IMG/VR virus record: IMGVR_UViG_3300049491_000357
Location: 22,839-86,838 of that record
Source of the DNA: a virus
Length of the DNA stretch: 64,000 nt
Direction: 5' to 3' (one strand)
A program made the position numbers and the translations under genes. The notes beneath the pieces are model-generated. The model did no database searches. It was not told the DNA's origin and worked only from the letters and a program-made list of their open reading frames with translations. Positions 21,101 through 30,744 of the stretch are shown piece by piece (position 1 is the stretch's first letter; every line of letters begins with the position of its first letter).

Positions 21101-24100
21101 TTGTCCCTGTCGGGTAGTTGAGCGTTTGGTCTCCGGCCAGAAGCACGCGAGGCATACCCCTAGGCACTGTCTGGACCGAAGACATTTCGATCACGAAGTA
21201 ACTAGGGAACGAAGGCGAAGGCGAAGTTCGGACAAGCCCAGAAGACAGGTAAAGCCGCGGGTTCACAAAATCGTCCGCAAATGTCGCCCCAAAAGCCAAC
21301 GTGATCGTTGTCTGATCTGACCCCGGGTCGTAAACAGAGGACCCGATGAGGTAAACCTGTTCCTTCTCGATGCGAAGCAGGTAGTTGGGGGGGAATGTTG
21401 CCGTCTGATCCCCAACGAGTACGAATCCAGGAGCGCCACTAGAGATAGACACCTGAGCGGCAAAAATCGGAGGCTGAAGAACCGTGAAGGTCTTCTCTCC
21501 CCCAACCGCCTCGTACACGTAGTAGTCCACCAGGATGCGCTCATCGACTTCGACAACGTTCCCTGACGGGAGAGCGTTGGTCATGAACCCGACATTAGCT
21601 AGGAACTGAATCGTCGAGGTGGCACTGTGGATCGTGATCTGAGAGCTATCCTGCGGTCTGCCCCCACGAAAAACAGCAGGAGCAGGGTTGTCAGCTACGG
21701 TTCGTCCCGCAGGGTTGAACTGCACTGTGTCTGTGACCGCAAGACGAGGGTAGGGAAGAGTCAACTCTTTTCGGATGAGAAATCGGACGCGCTCTTCAAC
21801 TGGAGGCAAAACGCCAGTTGAAGTCACAGGTCGATAGGTGATGAACATCTCATCGTTCGTAAGCAAACGTTCGGTCAGCTCAACGAAACCAAGGTCTTTG
21901 CTGACCCTGTAGTCAATCTGTAGTTTTAGCGCACGCGCCCAAAAGACCGTCACCCCACTCGTGATATCAACCGTAGAGAAGTTTAGATCCCCCGTCTCCA
22001 GGGATACCTCAACCGTACCCGCAGGCAGCAGACCAGGAGCAGTGAAGACAGAGTTGGTAGCTACCTGTACAAGAGAGGCGAAAATCAAACCGAGCCGGAT
22101 TCTCGTCGTTGCGATGTAGTTCACCGGTACACGTAGCCGCCGTTCGATCTGGTAGTTAGCGCTAGGATAGGACGTAAACGCTCTATCGACCGTCAGCGTA
22201 CTAGCCTCGACAATCGTAACCGTACGATAGCTGTTGCTATCTGGCCCAGAGGTCAGCCGTACCGTATCCCCAGGGAGAACTCCATCCACAACAAAGTCTG
22301 TGGAGGTGTCAGTCATCGTTGTGGGGGTGTCAAAAACGCCTGGATTCACCCCAGTAAACACCACGACACTATTGACGATGGGCCCCAAACTACGGACTTT
22401 TTCGATCTTAGTGTTGGGATCGACCGGAACCGTCTCTTGGAAGAAACGATCGGCAATGACCTCACTGCCAGATCGAACTTCGTAAGGGGTTGCCCCAACA
22501 GGGATAGGAGAAGGTACGTCGGTCGTAAGGGTGGTGGCAGTGACAGTCGTAACACCATAGACCCCAGCCGCCGATCCAGTTGCGATGACCAGAAGGGCTC
22601 CTGGGGTCACCCCAGAGGTGATGAAGTTGACCGAAGTATCAGTCAGGGTACTGCCAACGAATGCTGTTGCAGTACTGTCGACAACAAGCGTCCCGAACTG
22701 ATCCGTGAGAGTCACGATCGCAGTAGCAGGGTCAAAAAACGCAGTCGACCCAAGACCCAAAGGGTTAAAGATCCCCGTCCCAGGGCCCGTCTCCAACTCA
22801 AGAAGTAGATTCTCTGGCCGAACAGGTACATCCTGTAGTTGGATTGTGCCGCCCGGCTCTTGGAACGGTACTAGTTGATTGACCTTCCGCTGAGCGAAAA
22901 GAAGCTGTTTTGCCTCATAGTCGAGGATATACCCAAGGCCAACAGGGGGAGCCGGGACCCCAAGATCTGGGAGAACGCCCGTGAAGCTCCCTGTTCCTTG
23001 CTCCACATAAATGGAGATAGGGTACCCAGGATCTTGCAAGGGGGTAGCGGGAAGAAGGACGTAGGGTACCTGAATGATGGGAGAGGCAAAGACAGCCCCT
23101 TGTGTCGTGTACAGAAGAGATACGTCTTTGACGGAGGGGTCCGTGCCGTCCAGATTGACAGGAGAGCGAAAGAACCGCATCGCTACGCCACGTTCAATGG
23201 GCAGGTCACCTCTTGTGACAGTAACCGTCGTTGCTCCGTATTGAGCTTGGTCTGCGGCTGAGAACTGCACCGCCCCATCGGTTCGAAGCTGCACCTCTCC
23301 GGCCGTCCCAACGTCAAAAACCGTGACCCGTCGAACGGAGGGGAACTGGTACCCTGAGGGCAACCGGAATATGAGATCTCCCCCAGGTGCGGGAACGGGT
23401 AGAACCGGAAGTGGTACGAGTACTGTTCCGCCAGGTGCGGAGGGGAGAGGGATCTTCCATCCGAAAAGCGTACCATCGTAGTACACAGGCTTCCCAGCGT
23501 TAGCCAGTACATCCCCAGAGTTGAGCTTGATGCGCCCCGTATTAAGCGCCCACTCAACGGTTCCGGCCACAGGATCTGGGGAGAACCCTCCCTCTGTTGC
23601 CACCTGGATAGGCGTCAGGTGAAATCCAAACCCAAGTCGGATGAGCGGGAACTGCCCAGCTCCCGGCAAAGGGTTCAGGATCAGAATGGTATCCTGAGTC
23701 AACCCAATGCGGCCAGAAGAATCCGTATAGTCGAAGTAGCTTTGCTGTTGGAACCTGACTTGTTGCCCAAGATAGGTAACCAAGTCAGCTGCCGCCCAGT
23801 TGAGATTCCCCGTTGCTTGAGACAGCTCAACTGATCCTGGGACTGGAGCACCGAAGGCCCCGTCATTGGGGACCAGAAGAACGTTAAACGTCGTCCCAGA
23901 TCCAGCCCCTACGGCCAACCTGAATGGGTCATCCACTAGTACCCCAATCGGGGGTAGTACCCTCAACCTGGCTGTATTGGCGTCAGACTGCAATTCCCCA
24001 ACGAGTGTCGGGCCAGATCCCGGTAGAGGCTTAAAGAGTCCGTCAGACCCATTATAGTCGAAGCGGCGGACCACCGCAGTCGTGGTCCCCTCATTTTTAG

Positions 24101-24308
24101 TCCACCCAAAGGTGGCCTGAACAAGAAGGCCCTCCGTTTGAACCACTACGAGGTAGTCCGTTCGAGAGACGCCTTCTACCCCTGGAGTGTAGTAGGCGTC
24201 AAAAGCCCCCTGGTCCTCAATGAAATCGTTAGGGGTGAAAGTAAACGGAGAGTTCGACGCCCCAACACGAGGGGGCTCCAAACAGTAACCCTTGTTGGAA
24301 AGTCCCAC
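18111..24308 (-). CDS. Very large virion structural protein (baseplate/fibre) with repeated beta-barrel modules
   Basis: 2065 aa; repeated LTD.S.DF...GV.PGD.V....G.D.G.Y.V..V modules. Confidence 0.75.
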   Translation of the reverse strand: MGLSNKGYCLEPPRVGASNSPFTFTPNDFIEDQGAFDAYYTPGVEGVSRTDYLVVVQTEGLLVQATFGWTKNEGTTTAVVRRFDYNGSDGLFKPLPGSGPTLVGELQSDANTARLRVLPPIGVLVDDPFRLAVGAGSGTTFNVLLVPNDGAFGAPVPGSVELSQATGNLNWAAADLVTYLGQQVRFQQQSYFDYTDSSGRIGLTQDTILILNPLPGAGQFPLIRLGFGFHLTPIQVATEGGFSPDPVAGTVEWALNTGRIKLNSGDVLANAGKPVYYDGTLFGWKIPLPSAPGGTVLVPLPVLPVPAPGGDLIFRLPSGYQFPSVRRVTVFDVGTAGEVQLRTDGAVQFSAADQAQYGATTVTVTRGDLPIERGVAMRFFRSPVNLDGTDPSVKDVSLLYTTQGAVFASPIIQVPYVLLPATPLQDPGYPISIYVEQGTGSFTGVLPDLGVPAPPVGLGYILDYEAKQLLFAQRKVNQLVPFQEPGGTIQLQDVPVRPENLLLELETGPGTGIFNPLGLGSTAFFDPATAIVTLTDQFGTLVVDSTATAFVGSTLTDTSVNFITSGVTPGALLVIATGSAAGVYGVTTVTATTLTTDVPSPIPVGATPYEVRSGSEVIADRFFQETVPVDPNTKIEKVRSLGPIVNSVVVFTGVNPGVFDTPTTMTDTSTDFVVDGVLPGDTVRLTSGPDSNSYRTVTIVEASTLTVDRAFTSYPSANYQIERRLRVPVNYIATTRIRLGLIFASLVQVATNSVFTAPGLLPAGTVEVSLETGDLNFSTVDITSGVTVFWARALKLQIDYRVSKDLGFVELTERLLTNDEMFITYRPVTSTGVLPPVEERVRFLIRKELTLPYPRLAVTDTVQFNPAGRTVADNPAPAVFRGGRPQDSSQITIHSATSTIQFLANVGFMTNALPSGNVVEVDERILVDYYVYEAVGGEKTFTVLQPPIFAAQVSISSGAPGFVLVGDQTATFPPNYLLRIEKEQVYLIGSSVYDPGSDQTTITLAFGATFADDFVNPRLYLSSGLVRTSPSPSFPSYFVIEMSSVQTVPRGMPRVLLAGDQTLNYPTGTIILFTDNATTYDFYYVSGATFKDGVTTVVFTQNALRQYTPNSMILKRSVRPIIEDGVTQAFTKNVPLGSEVVTVFRRTEGQPGEILSSPSEYKLDASGTLTYAQTLRVNESLSILYTGYRIVQAGVRLRASYVALITPSSSNGLEGQILKADYSLVSEDSFYYRVETLTNFSGEVLQELQQSAQGSSPSGGPTTSNASTPTLYQQGRESLFFTEGHMANVDYVSRSYLKFFNDNTNRLEDVLEDEDGRIIGDVNGRFRFDGSVTNPVRTSYATVTNEIDDVFKISDYPVTFTFPPLALTYVGTYLALYQPSGFSRLYPTAKAHLFGVTTGGANTGANTGDRIEDLAQKSLTSLSDTIYRRLPRAHITSDAATGDTTLFVDNAQGTSTFFRPSFAVGMKVVITNRDGVVLISDATPLTVTAVLASPERIQVGPLPIPIPRGATVYLCNTGLTPDTVYWKLYRQGFDIAVDSNEGQLIYVKPYPPFDGSTPLVPAPLQIQTPNAGEFLEMDSVGILQVAKTPYKFPALYGGTGSDCNDQSIPILSPAPTQEVSALTLEATAIASVLSDTTTPTTLVGVTVGVTGTVLTYTGVFPAPLPQVFDLVEFITGPNAGSGFRRITAVGPTTVTVDSAFPNPSSVGNAVITATTNLATGTATFPSATTLDDPGLSVAIQVGHTVVLTTGANAGVRRQVVARLSPTQLQLDHPVPFLVATNYRVSNHLCTYSNWSAVSGATLTEVNVLTVNDHDITPSVVDAVSIAIDRFFEGHPLPPTTYGVLTDLLTPTLNPGNVAGSTLTDLSQDFIAAGVNASHFVYVETGADAGFYQVDSVVSPTQLTITTPFPVVGPVTYRIVQTLGVGLLALQDLFQIRADAQSFSSDTQSFLGIITATTNVFVPPGVIDPFIYANPLSSTTLPVRAAAVAARTAVVTSPTASPVVKVEAIVKTRDKLYDKRYAWIDARTNLETGSLYVIQRAVANRIAATTKLYNDLLKILSVQTTV

Positions 24309-24311
24309 AGC

Positions 24312-24554
24312 TCACGCCCCAAAAGGACCAGAAGAAGCCTGAAGATCGATCCCATTCGCATCACACGTAAGGCGAACCAAGGCATCAAAGGTTTCCTCGG
24401 ATACTTGCACCTCGTGTGGAGATCCCCCCAAGTCGAAGACAGCAAATCGACGATGTTCACCTGGTACCAGGTCCCCATCAATGAGCTTTATGTCCCGAGA
24501 CTCTCTCAGGTCAGTTACTGGAACAAGCAAGGAGGTTACTTTGATGTCGTTCAT
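24312..24554 (-). CDS. Hypothetical protein
   Basis: 80 aa; ATGA overlap with upstream gene, 3 nt gap to downstream gene. Confidence 0.6.
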   Translation of the reverse strand: MNDIKVTSLLVPVTDLRESRDIKLIDGDLVPGEHRRFAVFDLGGSPHEVQVSEETFDALVRLTCDANGIDLQASSGPFGA

Positions 24555-25120
24555 ACGATCTTTCCGGTGCCGGAACCAGCACCAGGGGAAGGGCCAGAAG
24601 GTCCTACGATTGGTATCGGAGAAGTAAAAGCTGCAAAAGTCTTATCGAAAGCCAGCCCCAAAGCCAAGGCCATTTGAGCTGAGGTAGGACCGACCATACC
24701 CAACGTCGCAAAAGCCTGCTGAAAACTCGTGTATGCGGGAGGAGATGTAACACGTACTACACCGGATCCGGACCCTACTCCGACAACAGTGGCCAACAAA
24801 ATGCCTTGTACGAGGGCTGCCGATAGACCGTTAGCCAACCCGAGAGCCGTAAGGGGACTGAAAGGACCGTGTATACCAAACGACAAGAAGCTGGTCTGAA
24901 GATTGGCCAAAAGAAGGGGCTGAGGCACCAGAAGAGGCAAGGTAGCTACTCCGGTCCCGTTCGTTCCAGCTCCTGTGACGCTGACGGTTGCTTTAGTAGA
25001 CCAAATCGATACCCCCAGAGCTACCCCCTGGGCAAACTTTGGCATGACCACCCCTATGTGCCCAGTCGCAACCAAGTTTGTGCCCAAAATAATGGCTACC
25101 GCAGGTGGAGCGAGCGGCAT
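24551..25120 (-). CDS. Gly/Ala-rich spike-associated protein
   Basis: 189 aa; TGATG overlap with spike gene; ends GAGSGTGKIV. Confidence 0.6.
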   Translation of the reverse strand: MPLAPPAVAIILGTNLVATGHIGVVMPKFAQGVALGVSIWSTKATVSVTGAGTNGTGVATLPLLVPQPLLLANLQTSFLSFGIHGPFSPLTALGLANGLSAALVQGILLATVVGVGSGSGVVRVTSPPAYTSFQQAFATLGMVGPTSAQMALALGLAFDKTFAAFTSPIPIVGPSGPSPGAGSGTGKIV

Positions 25121-27315
25121 CAGTTAGACATGACCGTGAGAGAGCCAAGTAGTGGCGTACCTGTGATGGGGTCCAACGTTGGAGTGCCAGGAGGAAGGGA
25201 GGGTATTCCTCGACAGACGCCCAGAACAGCCGAGGGTCCCCCAAGCTGAATGAGAGGAGCCACCATCGAAACGAGAGCCCCTGAGGTCAAGGTGATGGCC
25301 AAGCCAGCCGTCAACGTGAGTGCAGCTCCGGCCGTTATTGATACCGCTCCAGCACCCGCCGTGATTGCTACAGCACCTGCTGCAGCGGTCATCGTCAAAG
25401 CCCCACCCCCAACGTTGACGAGGTACCCACCCGCTCCGATGTTCGTTACCTGTCCACCCACTCCGATGTTCGTTACCTGTCCACCCGCAGCGATGGTTTC
25501 GATCAAACCACCAGCTAGAATGGTAGACACTTTACCCCCAGCGATGATCGTCTCCAGTACAACCAGAGCATGATTGTACTGGGTCTTACCCGCAACAAGG
25601 ATGTCCATGCTGCTGAGCATCGCTGAGTAACCTTGCAGAGCGTTTACGTTGATTCGATCTGCCTGGAGAGCATACCCACCATTGACCGTCGTGCTCTTAG
25701 CCCCATTGATCGTTTCAATGAAGTCCCCAGAGGTGGCCAGCCCATAGTTGCCCTGAATGTCTTCGCTTTTAGCGAAGCCGTCTTCGTTAGCCACTCCAGA
25801 TTGGTAGTTGACCGCAACACCAGAGTGGAACGTAATATCGATGGCGTTACCGGTGTCCTTGTTGTGTCCAACTTCGGCTTTGATACCGCCTTGCAGAAAT
25901 GCCTGGATACTCGTGTTGTTTTTGTCTGAACCCCCGATGAACATCTTGAGGGCCCCCAACAAGTTCATCTCCACAGAGATACCAGAGTCGTCAGGATACC
26001 TTTCGACTGTAGGCTTGGGAACGTTGATGTATACTTTGCCTTGTTTTTCAACAGACACCGCGAAAGGATTGTCGTCCGTAGCTCCGTAAGGGCACCAAAT
26101 GCGAAAGAGGTATGCTGCTGCTGACGTGAGAGTATTGGTGTCCCCTTTTGCTGCCCGCTCTACCTCGGACAGCAAGAATTTCCCCGGGCCATCCGTCGAA
26201 AAACTCTGCCACAGTTCTGGCTGAAGAACTTTGCCGTATTGCTTAAGCCCTTGAGTTCCAGTCGTGTCGTTACCTACGACAGTCCCGTAGACCCGCTCGA
26301 TGAACGGGCGTCGTTTCACGATCGCAAAACCATCAACCTCAGACAGCACCTCTTGCACGAGATCCGTGTCGTGGGCCATCTCCATACGGTCTTCTGTAAA
26401 GGCGTTCCCAGGACCTGCTTCCCCATCCTCGATCCCCGTAGCGTAAACAGTTGAGGGGTAGAAGACCCTCTTACCATTGGAGTATGTTGTTGGGGGGTAA
26501 GTGGCGGTATCATTGAAAAAGTCGAGCACGACCCCAGACGAGTTTGCGTACTTCGTTGGGGAATCAGGGATGCCAGGCCCAAGAGCTTTAAGCTCATCCG
26601 AACCAAAGTAACGATCTGCTTCTCCCTTGAGCTGACGACCCGTTTTGAAGATGTCCTGAGGGAGAAAGTTCTCAATACGACGAGCCGGACCCGAAGTGTA
26701 CTTGATGCCCGAGGTAGAGTCGAAGCGATGGATAGCTTGCGTGACAAGCGTTCGCTCAGCATCTCGAAGTTCAATGAGGTCACCTGCCCGGTTACTCATC
26801 CGAACATCTTTAGCTAGGACAAACTCAGCACCATCAGAGGACATGCCCCCCACATTACCGGACCGGAGCTTTAGACGCTTGTGTCGAACCGTTCGGCCGA
26901 TGAACTGGTCGTAGATGCTCTTTTCAGCGGGATCTGTAGGGACATCTGAAGGGTTCGTAGGCGAGAAAGGGTCATAACGAAGCCCGCTTTTGTTGCCCAC
27001 GGGGATGAACCCAAGGATCACGGGCTCCCACACCTGTTTGTGCTTCATCCGATAGGCCAAGACAACAAGGGAGTTGACCTCGGGAACCCCTCCCCAAAAA
27101 GACCTTGGGCCACACATCGCCTGAGTGAGATCAACCTCCGGGACTGTTTGTCCACCGCGAGTGATGACCTTGACATCACCCTTCATGTTGATCTCGTCGA
27201 TCCGCGTAAGAATTCCTACATGGAGCCCTTGGGGGAAACCATTGTCTCCGAATCCCTTTCCAGGCGTATGCCCAGTGGGGTACTTTTTTCGGAAGTCTCC
27301 TACACGGATAGTCAT
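25120..27315 (-). CDS. Baseplate central spike (gp5/GpV-like: OB-fold plus beta-helix)
   Basis: N-terminal GILTRID...GGVPEVNSLVVLAY (OB-fold-like); C-terminal ~9-aa xAGG repeats; follows hub. Confidence 0.75.
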   Translation of the reverse strand: MTIRVGDFRKKYPTGHTPGKGFGDNGFPQGLHVGILTRIDEINMKGDVKVITRGGQTVPEVDLTQAMCGPRSFWGGVPEVNSLVVLAYRMKHKQVWEPVILGFIPVGNKSGLRYDPFSPTNPSDVPTDPAEKSIYDQFIGRTVRHKRLKLRSGNVGGMSSDGAEFVLAKDVRMSNRAGDLIELRDAERTLVTQAIHRFDSTSGIKYTSGPARRIENFLPQDIFKTGRQLKGEADRYFGSDELKALGPGIPDSPTKYANSSGVVLDFFNDTATYPPTTYSNGKRVFYPSTVYATGIEDGEAGPGNAFTEDRMEMAHDTDLVQEVLSEVDGFAIVKRRPFIERVYGTVVGNDTTGTQGLKQYGKVLQPELWQSFSTDGPGKFLLSEVERAAKGDTNTLTSAAAYLFRIWCPYGATDDNPFAVSVEKQGKVYINVPKPTVERYPDDSGISVEMNLLGALKMFIGGSDKNNTSIQAFLQGGIKAEVGHNKDTGNAIDITFHSGVAVNYQSGVANEDGFAKSEDIQGNYGLATSGDFIETINGAKSTTVNGGYALQADRINVNALQGYSAMLSSMDILVAGKTQYNHALVVLETIIAGGKVSTILAGGLIETIAAGGQVTNIGVGGQVTNIGAGGYLVNVGGGALTMTAAAGAVAITAGAGAVSITAGAALTLTAGLAITLTSGALVSMVAPLIQLGGPSAVLGVCRGIPSLPPGTPTLDPITGTPLLGSLTVMSN
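25434..25486. repeat. 27-bp tandem duplication inside spike gene
   Basis: ctccgatgttcgttacctgtccaccc at 25434-25459 and 25461-25486; encodes GGQVTNIG(V/A) twice. Confidence 0.9.
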
Positions 27316-27333
27316 AAAAGGTACGGCTTTAGG

Positions 27334-30300
27334 TCAAAGCTGTTGGAGTTTGAATTTGTCGTCTGTGATCTGCTGGATGAGCTTCGCTTGGGAAGCTTGG
27401 GCGTTAGCCAACTGCGTTTGCAACGAAGGGGAGGTGATGATCTGTGCTCCACCTTTTTGGGACTCAATGTCCTTTTGCAGTCGCTGGATCTCTGTGTTGG
27501 TGGCACCCAGTTCTTTCTCTGCCATTTTGATCTGGCCCTCTATTAGGGCTCGATCCGTGTTTTTCTTGAGATTGGTCCCGAAGTCTGACCACTGCTTAAC
27601 GAGGTCAGACTTCGCAGAGTTTGCTTGAGCCGCGAAGGCTGCCGGGTCCCCGACTGCCAACCGATTGGCTGGGTTGAAAGGGGGACTTAGTTCAGGGTCA
27701 GGGTTACCCGGTTGCCCGAATCGGACTTCCTCTGCGGAAGGAAATTTGATGTCCAGAGTTTCACCCCTGAGGGCTGACTCTAGTGCTTCATGGGGGGTAT
27801 CTAGGGCCTCATACAAACTGAAGAGGAACTGATCAATCTGGAGTAGAGCATTCTTCCCGCCAAAGGCTGCCCGGTATTGTTCGTCCGTAACGGGGGTACT
27901 CCCCCTGATGGCGTCCTGGATAAGCTGATTTCCTCCAATGACAGTTGGAGGAAGAACTCGTGCCGTCCCAGCTCCCCCAGGCAAGGTGCTGCTGTCAGGA
28001 GCTACACCGCCCATCGTATTTACGTTCAACGGTTTAAGCTGGTACCCAACATTCATGAAGGCCAAGTCGGACCGGCCTGAAAGACACGAACATTGTGAGT
28101 CTTGTTGCCCAGGGTCTCGTACAATGTTCAGTTCCGCGATCGTCAAGGCACGGCTTAGCTGACCAGCTTCCACCGAGAGGGGCATGCCTTTTTGCTCTGG
28201 GGAGCCGAGCGGAGCAGAGTCCACAAAGTTGGTGCCTGCCCCGATGAACGACTGTTGAATGGACCCAGCAGTTGGTTCGTTTTGCGTACCAGCTGTTTGA
28301 AGATCCTCAGGCTGAAGACGGGTGATGGCGTCAATGGGGTTGGCGTACGTCGTTGTGAGGGTAGTGATGCCCTGGGATTGGGCTGAAAGGCTTGCAAACA
28401 GGTCTCCCGCCAGAGCCACCTGAAGGTCTACCGAAGCCGCCTTGTTCTTCTGATTTGGGTCATACACAAGACGCCCATCACGAAGAGCCAAACCACGCCC
28501 ATATCGGAAGTGCCCTACAACCTCAAAGCCACGCTCGTCTGACACTGGGCGCAACATTCCGGTTGACCCACTGCCAAACAGATTTGCCGTAGTGGCACTC
28601 CCGTCGTACTGAACCGTGACGTTCTTGTTGGGGATGAACGTCACTTCTCCAAAAACCTTGCTTTGATCGTGGACGTAAATGAACACGCCAGCAGAGTTCA
28701 GCCCGTATTGGTACCGGTTGTTGAGTAGGCTATCTCGTGCCTTGTCCACCTCAGAGGCAACGTTCTTTTTTCCAATGTCCGCCTGAAGCTGTTGGAAAGC
28801 CTGTTTGGCTACAACTGGGGTGATCGTTTTCTTGATGTAGTTGCTGACGTTTTTCGCACTCTGCCCTGCGTTGGCCCCAAGTTGATCCTTGGGTGGCGCA
28901 AACGGGCGTGTGTAGATCATGTTGACGTTGGGGTACCCAACAACACGTCCAGTCTTAGGGTGCCGCAAAATCAGAGGGGCGTAAGGATTGTCCTTGGCGA
29001 AAGACTGGAGCTGATCAATCGTCGGAGGGGTGGTGGCCGCCAACCCAACGTTGACGGTAAACTTTCCGCTTTGGGCGAGTTGCCTAGACGTGTACTTGAA
29101 CGGGAGGAGGCTTGAAGGTGATGGAGTCGCCTTTTGATTGCTCTCAGCATTTTTTGTCCCAGGCTGAGGCTTTTTGGAAGCGGCCTCCTTCGCCGTGGGA
29201 CCCGTATAGCTGGTCATGTAGATACGCCCAATACCTCGGGGGGCCAAGAACTTTTGCCTCTTTGCCGTCAAGGTCAAAGTAGTCGTAGCTCTGCCGCCAA
29301 ACGCGAGATTGTGCGAGATCCCTTGGATGTACCAAATCTGATCAAGAGGGGCTACGTAGATAGGGAACCCCAACCGAAGCTCAGGACGCATCGGGATGGT
29401 GACTGTTGCTCTGTGCCGCTTCGAGTTGATGCGGTCTAGGATGTCCATCCCGTGGTAGAACATGAGCTGTGTGTCGCCCATGAACTCGGAGTTGAACGTG
29501 TGCGTTCGCCATCCGTACTTCCGAAGAAGATGGTAGTCCGTAACTGAGGTAAACGGCGTGACATCCTCTGGGAACCCATAGTCTACGTTGCCCCCAAACG
29601 AACCCTGCATCGTAAGCTGGGTGACTACCTCAGCCTCAGACTCCGAGAAGTCCCAGTTGATTACATCAATGTCCTGGATCCAGGACACCGGCTTGTTGGA
29701 GAGAATGTCTAGGTTGTAGAATGGGGGCTTAAAGACAATGTCCCCCGTCACATCCATGAAGAACTCGTACCCGATGGCCTCTTTTGCGGCGTTAGCAAGT
29801 TCCAACTTGGTCTGGAATTCGCTGGACCAAAAGTTGACCTGCCCTGCCTGGCTAAACTGAGTTCGAAACGCCACAACTGACTTGTCGGTCGGGTCAAACA
29901 CCATTTGACCGGCGTTAGGTCCTCCGTTGGCGTTACGAACCGCAGTAGAGGCAAAGGGCTTTGAGAACTCCCCTTTCTTCTGCTTATTGAACGACTCGTA
30001 GAGGGTATCCCCACGGACAGCAACGCCGTTCGTGCCGTACAGAAGTAGGTTCGAGCGGACACGAGAGAACCTTTGCTCCCAGTACGCCATGATGTCACCA
30101 AGAGCTTCAGTGAACACCTGTCGTTGACCGTTCTCTTTGACCAAGCTGACGAGCGATCCAGACCCTACAACAACGTCCCCGAATGCCTGTTGGGCACAAG
30201 ACCAAATCACATCGAACGGATTCATACCAAAGAACACGTTCCCGAAGATGTTTCGGCCTTCCTGCCCGGCTGCGGCTGTAAGGGCAGGGTTGACACTCAT

Positions 30301-30741
30301 CTTGCACAACTCCCACCACTTTAGGATGTCGTTGGCTTGGATACTTACTGTGTGCTCACCGTTGTCGTAGGAGTTACCCACCTCAGTGACAATACCCCAA
30401 AAGACCGGATAATATTGAGGGACACCTTCAACTAGGTAGAACCCTTTGGCAAAGACCTCAATCTCCATCATGGGAGAGATGAGGGGATTCCCTTCAAAGT
30501 AGAAGTCGTCCACGGAGTGTCGTGGGATCGCCATGCTGACCGAAGCCGATCCAGGAGCGGACTCAACTGAAAGGTCGATCGTGACGTTGGTGATGTAGGA
30601 GTTGAAGTCAAACTTACGTCGACAACTAGGGCAACCAATAACATCCGACTCCCCATTGATGTAGACAAGCACATCCGGCCCATGGACAATGGTTGGCCGA
30701 ATGTTCGGCTGGTATGTACCCTGAAAAGGTCCGCGAGGCAT
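27334..30741 (-). CDS. Baseplate hub protein (gp27/GpD-like) with long C-terminal extension
   Basis: 1135 aa; VFWGIVTEV, YEFFMDVTGDIVFKPPFY, RPELRLGFPIYV...WYIQGISH. Confidence 0.8.
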   Translation of the reverse strand: MPRGPFQGTYQPNIRPTIVHGPDVLVYINGESDVIGCPSCRRKFDFNSYITNVTIDLSVESAPGSASVSMAIPRHSVDDFYFEGNPLISPMMEIEVFAKGFYLVEGVPQYYPVFWGIVTEVGNSYDNGEHTVSIQANDILKWWELCKMSVNPALTAAAGQEGRNIFGNVFFGMNPFDVIWSCAQQAFGDVVVGSGSLVSLVKENGQRQVFTEALGDIMAYWEQRFSRVRSNLLLYGTNGVAVRGDTLYESFNKQKKGEFSKPFASTAVRNANGGPNAGQMVFDPTDKSVVAFRTQFSQAGQVNFWSSEFQTKLELANAAKEAIGYEFFMDVTGDIVFKPPFYNLDILSNKPVSWIQDIDVINWDFSESEAEVVTQLTMQGSFGGNVDYGFPEDVTPFTSVTDYHLLRKYGWRTHTFNSEFMGDTQLMFYHGMDILDRINSKRHRATVTIPMRPELRLGFPIYVAPLDQIWYIQGISHNLAFGGRATTTLTLTAKRQKFLAPRGIGRIYMTSYTGPTAKEAASKKPQPGTKNAESNQKATPSPSSLLPFKYTSRQLAQSGKFTVNVGLAATTPPTIDQLQSFAKDNPYAPLILRHPKTGRVVGYPNVNMIYTRPFAPPKDQLGANAGQSAKNVSNYIKKTITPVVAKQAFQQLQADIGKKNVASEVDKARDSLLNNRYQYGLNSAGVFIYVHDQSKVFGEVTFIPNKNVTVQYDGSATTANLFGSGSTGMLRPVSDERGFEVVGHFRYGRGLALRDGRLVYDPNQKNKAASVDLQVALAGDLFASLSAQSQGITTLTTTYANPIDAITRLQPEDLQTAGTQNEPTAGSIQQSFIGAGTNFVDSAPLGSPEQKGMPLSVEAGQLSRALTIAELNIVRDPGQQDSQCSCLSGRSDLAFMNVGYQLKPLNVNTMGGVAPDSSTLPGGAGTARVLPPTVIGGNQLIQDAIRGSTPVTDEQYRAAFGGKNALLQIDQFLFSLYEALDTPHEALESALRGETLDIKFPSAEEVRFGQPGNPDPELSPPFNPANRLAVGDPAAFAAQANSAKSDLVKQWSDFGTNLKKNTDRALIEGQIKMAEKELGATNTEIQRLQKDIESQKGGAQIITSPSLQTQLANAQASQAKLIQQITDDKFKLQQL

Positions 30742-30744
30742 CAG

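Noticed and set aside
27312-27506. 64-aa ORF ending in TTATG at the spike start
   Set aside because: Lies out of frame inside the hub gene with no SD; likely coincidental.
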